Shown here piece by piece: positions 60,652 to 64,000 of a stretch of 64,000 nucleotides of DNA (position 1 is its first letter; each line of letters opens with the position of its first letter). The position numbers were made by a program, and so were the translations under genes. The DNA comes from Bacillota bacterium. GTDB lineage: Bacteria; Bacillota; Clostridia; Christensenellales; UBA1242. The stretch covers positions 132,935-196,934 of the forward strand of contig WRCD01000002.1 of the NCBI GenBank assembly GCA_009784185.1, read 5' to 3'. Below the pieces are notes generated by a model that was given only the letters and a program-made list of their open reading frames with translations, did not search any database and was not told the DNA's origin.

Positions 60652-61344
60652 ATGTTTAAGATAACCCGAAACTGGTACGAATTGTTACAACCTGAGTTTA
60701 ATAAGGATTATTACAAATCGCTCTCGGCCTATCTGGGCAGAGAATATAGCGGCTATACCATATATCCGAAACCCGAGCAGGTGTTTAACGCTTTAAACCA
60801 TGTTAAATATTCCGACGTTAAAGTGGTAATAATCGGACAGGACCCGTATCATCAGCCTGGACAGGCTCACGGGTTATGTTTCTCGGTTCTGGACCCGACG
60901 CCGCCGCCGCCAAGCCTGGTTAACATATTTAAAGAACTTGAAAGTGACTTAGGTCTTGTGCCTCCGGCATCCGGCAATCTTACACATTGGGCAAGGCAAG
61001 GCGTACTTCTGTTAAACTCTGTACTTAGTGTACGGGAATCAAATGCAAACAGCCATAAAGACAAGGGCTGGGAGCAGCTGACAGGTGCAATAGTGAGCTT
61101 GTTAAATCAGCGTAATGACCCGATTGTGTTTCTGCTGTGGGGCCGATATGCTAAAAAGATTGGGGAGGCGGTTACCAATCCGATACATAAGTGTTTGTAT
61201 GCGCCTCATCCAAGCCCGCTGTCTGCACACAACGGGTGGTTCGGGTGTAAGCATTTTTCTAAGACAAACGAAATTTTAAAAACATGGGGCAAAACAGAAA
61301 TAAACTGGAACTTAAACAATTACAAGACGGAGGAAATAAAATGA
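60652..61344 (+). CDS. ung: Uracil-DNA glycosylase (family 1)
   Basis: VVIIGQDPYH (water-activating loop), GVLLLN and HPSPLSA. The N-terminus MFKITRNWYELLQPEF aligns with known Ung starts. Confidence 0.93.
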   Translation: MFKITRNWYELLQPEFNKDYYKSLSAYLGREYSGYTIYPKPEQVFNALNHVKYSDVKVVIIGQDPYHQPGQAHGLCFSVLDPTPPPPSLVNIFKELESDLGLVPPASGNLTHWARQGVLLLNSVLSVRESNANSHKDKGWEQLTGAIVSLLNQRNDPIVFLLWGRYAKKIGEAVTNPIHKCLYAPHPSPLSAHNGWFGCKHFSKTNEILKTWGKTEINWNLNNYKTEEIK

Positions 61345-61931
61345 GCATGGGTAAAAGCTTAATGGGTTTAGAATCGCCAGAAATAATGCTGATAGTAGCG
61401 GTGTGTGTAATTATTGCGGTTGGAGCAATAGTTTTGATTGTAATTAAGCTGCGAAGTAAAGAAGATGTTGGATTTATACCAAAGTTTGAAAAAAAGCACT
61501 TTGAAGCTGCAAGCGTGACGCTTAACGAGCGTTATCTGCACCCCAAAGCCATGCAGTTTTATGACCGCCTTTGCGGAGCCATCAGTAAAGACTTTGTGGT
61601 TTTTCCGCAGGTGGGAGTTGACCAGCTTATGAAGTCTACCAAATCCAGAGTTGTAATCAATTCGGTATTAAGCGAGTACGTTGATTATGTTATCTTTGAC
61701 CGTAAGCGCATGAGGCCTATACTTGTAATTGATTTGCAGGACCCTACCGGTGACAACACCACATTCGGCGAAATGCACGACAATGTGCGTGAAGCACTGA
61801 AGGCAATTAAGCTGCCGGTGGTTGTGTATTATGTAGAGGGCGAGTACACAAGTGAGGACCTGCGTCTTGCAATTGCCGATTACCTTGACCCGCTTATGAT
61901 AATTGCAATGCGCAAACAAACCAAGATGTAA
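61341..61931 (+). CDS. Membrane-anchored DUF2726-like (restriction-endonuclease-fold) protein
   Basis: GGAGG SD. ATGA overlap with the ung stop. N-terminal TM IMLIVAVCVIIAVGAIVLIVI. FVVFPQV...YVDYVIFDRKRMRPILVIDLQD resembles DUF2726 (..vf.qV...vDFvl.d....p..aIElDd). Confidence 0.5.
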   Translation: MSMGKSLMGLESPEIMLIVAVCVIIAVGAIVLIVIKLRSKEDVGFIPKFEKKHFEAASVTLNERYLHPKAMQFYDRLCGAISKDFVVFPQVGVDQLMKSTKSRVVINSVLSEYVDYVIFDRKRMRPILVIDLQDPTGDNTTFGEMHDNVREALKAIKLPVVVYYVEGEYTSEDLRLAIADYLDPLMIIAMRKQTKM

Positions 61932-61960
61932 AAAAACACGCCCTGCAGGGCGTGTTTTTA
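61932..61960 (+). terminator. Rho-independent (bidirectional-looking) terminator
   Basis: AAAAAAACACGCCCTGCAGGGCGTGTTTTT. Confidence 0.8.
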
Positions 61961-62022
61961 GTAAACAAGTAACAGGGAACAGGCAACAACGGCGGGTCAC
62001 TATTGCTCCAACCGATAGCCAA

Positions 62023-62077
62023 AATTCCCCTTTAAGATAAAGGGGTGGCAAACACGAAGTGTTTGACGGGGTATATG
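62023..62077 (+). repeat. Family-1 two-hairpin element (copy C)
   Basis: AATTCCCCTTT-AAGAT-AAAGGGGTGG-CAAACAC-GAA-GTGTTTG-ACGGGGTATATGA. Confidence 0.85.
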
Positions 62078-62081
62078 AAAA

Positions 62082-62112
62082 ACAAAAACAGCCGTATTGC
62101 GGCTGTTTTTGT
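62082..62112 (-). terminator. Rho-independent terminator of the minus-strand gene pair
   Basis: On the minus strand: ACAGCCG-CAAT-ACGGCTGTTTTTGTTTTT, directly after the stop at 62113. Confidence 0.7.
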
Positions 62113-62619
62113 TTATGCTGTCATCTTCATTGGGCTGGCTGCTTTTACGTCAGCCGGAGCAAACTGTTCTTTAACTTCCTTTCCTATACTGAAAGCCTTA
62201 TCCGGCTCTGTTACAATAGCTGACAGATAGTTTGCGGTTTGTTTGCATATCTTGGAATGGCCAAGCAGTTTTGGGTCGGCAGGCAGGTGGCTTATGGCCT
62301 CCATCTGCTCAAAGCTTTGTTCTTCTTTTTTGCCTTGCATTCTTGCGTCCGTGTGTGCTGTATGCAGATATACTGCTTTAATTAAATTGTTTGTTGCAAT
62401 GCCCGGGTTTAACAGGGTCAACTGGTTTACACAAGCCTGAAAGTCCAGCGTAAACCCTTTTATCATTGCCTCCGACAATTCAACGTTCATAAATTCCGGC
62501 TTGGCGGATTTTGTTTGCTCCTCCCGGGCCGGAAGCTTACCGCTAAGGCATATTAATGCAATTGCCGCATTGTCGGCCAGCGCCAGATTATTTTCGGTAT
62601 TTAAAAACTTTGGTGCCAT
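62113..62619 (-). CDS. Hypothetical protein (168 aa)
   Basis: AAAGGAG SD. 30 nt downstream of the preceding minus-strand gene. No family recognised. Confidence 0.55.
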   Translation of the reverse strand: MAPKFLNTENNLALADNAAIALICLSGKLPAREEQTKSAKPEFMNVELSEAMIKGFTLDFQACVNQLTLLNPGIATNNLIKAVYLHTAHTDARMQGKKEEQSFEQMEAISHLPADPKLLGHSKICKQTANYLSAIVTEPDKAFSIGKEVKEQFAPADVKAASPMKMTA

Positions 62620-62649
62620 AATTTTCTCCTTTGGTAAAGGCTTGTGGGT

Positions 62650-63309
62650 TTATGCTGTTTTTGACCGAGTCATGTCCGGGTTGGCTCGTCCGGTGCTGCA
62701 ATTGGTCTCAGTGTACTTGCGTGAGGAATGGTCTGCCTTGTATTTTTGCGCTGTAGTTTTTAAAATGTCGGCAGCATCCATCTCGCGGTAGGTTTTTGTT
62801 GCGCGTTTTATGTTGCCATCAAAGTAGCTGTCATAAGCAAGGTCTTCGTTTTCGTTTACTGTTGTGGCTATATCTATCATTCCGCTTAAAAACAATTTAG
62901 GACTTGCCAGCATATTGGCGTGCGCGGTATTACTGATTGTTTCGCGTGTTGAATCCAAACATCGCTTTCCGCCAATATCAAATACTCTTACCATTGCATT
63001 TGCCGCCATCATTGCAAATTCCTTTACTATTGCGGTCCTCATCTGGTGCTTAGTTTGCTGAACTGCCAACTCACGGCCGTAGGTAAGCCCTGAGGTTTCG
63101 CTCTTAAACAGTTCTTTATTTGCTACAGGGCTCATAAGCTTTGCAACTGTACGGTTAAGCTTTTTATGCCAATGCGCAACTCGCGAAGCATCTTCGTGTA
63201 TAAACAAGTCTTGTATCATGCTTGCAATACTTAATTCTGATGAAATAAAATCATTATACCAGGATGCCGGTATATATTCTTCTTTGGGTTCATCAATGTG
63301 TTTGTTCAT
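62650..63309 (-). CDS. Hypothetical protein (219 aa)
   Basis: GGAGGAAG SD 7 nt before ATG 63309 (MNKHIDEPKEEY...). The ORF-track start 63372 has no SD. No family recognised. Confidence 0.55.
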   Translation of the reverse strand: MNKHIDEPKEEYIPASWYNDFISSELSIASMIQDLFIHEDASRVAHWHKKLNRTVAKLMSPVANKELFKSETSGLTYGRELAVQQTKHQMRTAIVKEFAMMAANAMVRVFDIGGKRCLDSTRETISNTAHANMLASPKLFLSGMIDIATTVNENEDLAYDSYFDGNIKRATKTYREMDAADILKTTAQKYKADHSSRKYTETNCSTGRANPDMTRSKTA

Positions 63310-63463
63310 GAACTTCCTCCCAACAGTTTGTCTCGTTACGGCAATTATATCACAGCTTTTTTGGTTTGGCAATACCCTTTTTTAAATTAATAATGAATAT
63401 TGAACAATGAATAATGTTGGGTTGCTCCGCTCTTGACAATATTTTTATATTTTAGTTTAACTA

Positions 63464-63491
63464 TTGACTTCTGTTTTGTATGGTGTATAAT
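63464..63491 (+). promoter_or_regulatory. Sigma-70-type promoter
   Basis: TTGACT (63464-63469), 16-nt spacer, TATAAT (63486-63491). Confidence 0.55.
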
Positions 63492-63522
63492 TTATACAGG
63501 CTAAATAAGGAGCAGAAACATA

Positions 63523-64000
63523 ATGGCAGAAAACAGAAAAGCGGAAGACATTGTTTCATGGCAGTTAAAGATTCTTAAGTTACACCTGAGCGAAGCGGCA
63601 AAGCGTGCCGGAGAAGGTAAGCCATGGCTGATTGAAATAGGCGGAACCGAAAACGGACAGCCTTTTTTCCGCATCGGAGAATTGGCGCGGGTAGGCGAAT
63701 TAGACTTGGATAAAGGGCAAAAGCGCATAGGTTGTTTTGTTGACGTAAAACACACAGAAGTTAACGGTCAGACCTATATAAAGCATTATCCGTTTATAAG
63801 CTTTGGCACAACAGTAAACCAGATTCAGGAATTTGAGCCAAAGTCCAGCAGGGACGGGACAATGCTGTTTAGTATTCCGGCAGTTTCAGGTAATGTTACA
63901 AATCCTATGGAGGTTTTGGGACATCTTGTAATGTGTTACGGTGCGGGCAATGCGTTAGCCTTATTTAACGGAGCTTCGCAATATGTTGATGGCAAGTATC
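63523..64000 (+). CDS. Hypothetical protein, C-terminus outside the window
   Basis: AAGGAG SD at 63507-63512, ATG 63523. The frame stays open to the window end (MAENRKAEDIVSWQLKILKLHLSEAAKRAGEGKPWLIEIGG...). Not in the ORF track because it has no stop. Confidence 0.6.
   Translation, partial: MAENRKAEDIVSWQLKILKLHLSEAAKRAGEGKPWLIEIGGTENGQPFFRIGELARVGELDLDKGQKRIGCFVDVKHTEVNGQTYIKHYPFISFGTTVNQIQEFEPKSSRDGTMLFSIPAVSGNVTNPMEVLGHLVMCYGAGNALALFNGASQYVDGKY

Overview
This looks like a chromosomal window from an anaerobic, endospore-forming Firmicutes/Clostridia-type bacterium. That is an inference from spoVT-yabM-hup synteny, secG-rnr-smpB-ssrA synteny, PFOR, and class III RNR nrdDG with NrdR boxes. 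GC content was not computed.

(1) nt 1-26527 (41% of the window) holds three co-oriented giant genes of >2463, 5278 and 971 aa. Each has its own sigma-70-type promoter and hairpin terminator. All three are built from the same head / G-G-[LIF]-[VA]-G (GLUG-type) solenoid / tail module. One has a lipobox and one has an N-terminal TM anchor.

(2) nt 26.6-61.9 kb is mostly housekeeping:
- spoVT, a MOP flippase, two HU genes, and a frameshifted dus
- a Na/Pi transporter, then pgk-tpiA-apgM
- secG-rnr-smpB-tmRNA
- a patatin-like lipase and a ComEC-type MBL protein
- nrdD-nrdG, tkt and nifJ (PFOR)
- truA, rplM-rpsI, a KilA-N gene, trxB, glmM and ung

(3) Several unannotated layers sit on top of this:
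- A two-hairpin repeat family (7 copies) with compensatory stem changes, including an in-frame copy inside truA.
- A second palindromic repeat family with an in-frame copy inside nrdG.
- A 1.87-kb single-orphan-gene segment flanked by duplicated copies of the tkt 3' end/terminator.
- Four genes with a -10-N6/7-ATG (leaderless) architecture.
- A G8 homopolymer that splits dus.
- A tmRNA whose tag appears to end in AY rather than AA.

(4) nt 61.3-64.0 kb holds a DUF2726-like gene coupled to ung, plus three uncharacterised genes.

No rRNA, tRNA, CRISPR array, transposase or integrase was recognised. All family assignments are from motif recognition by eye; no searches were run.
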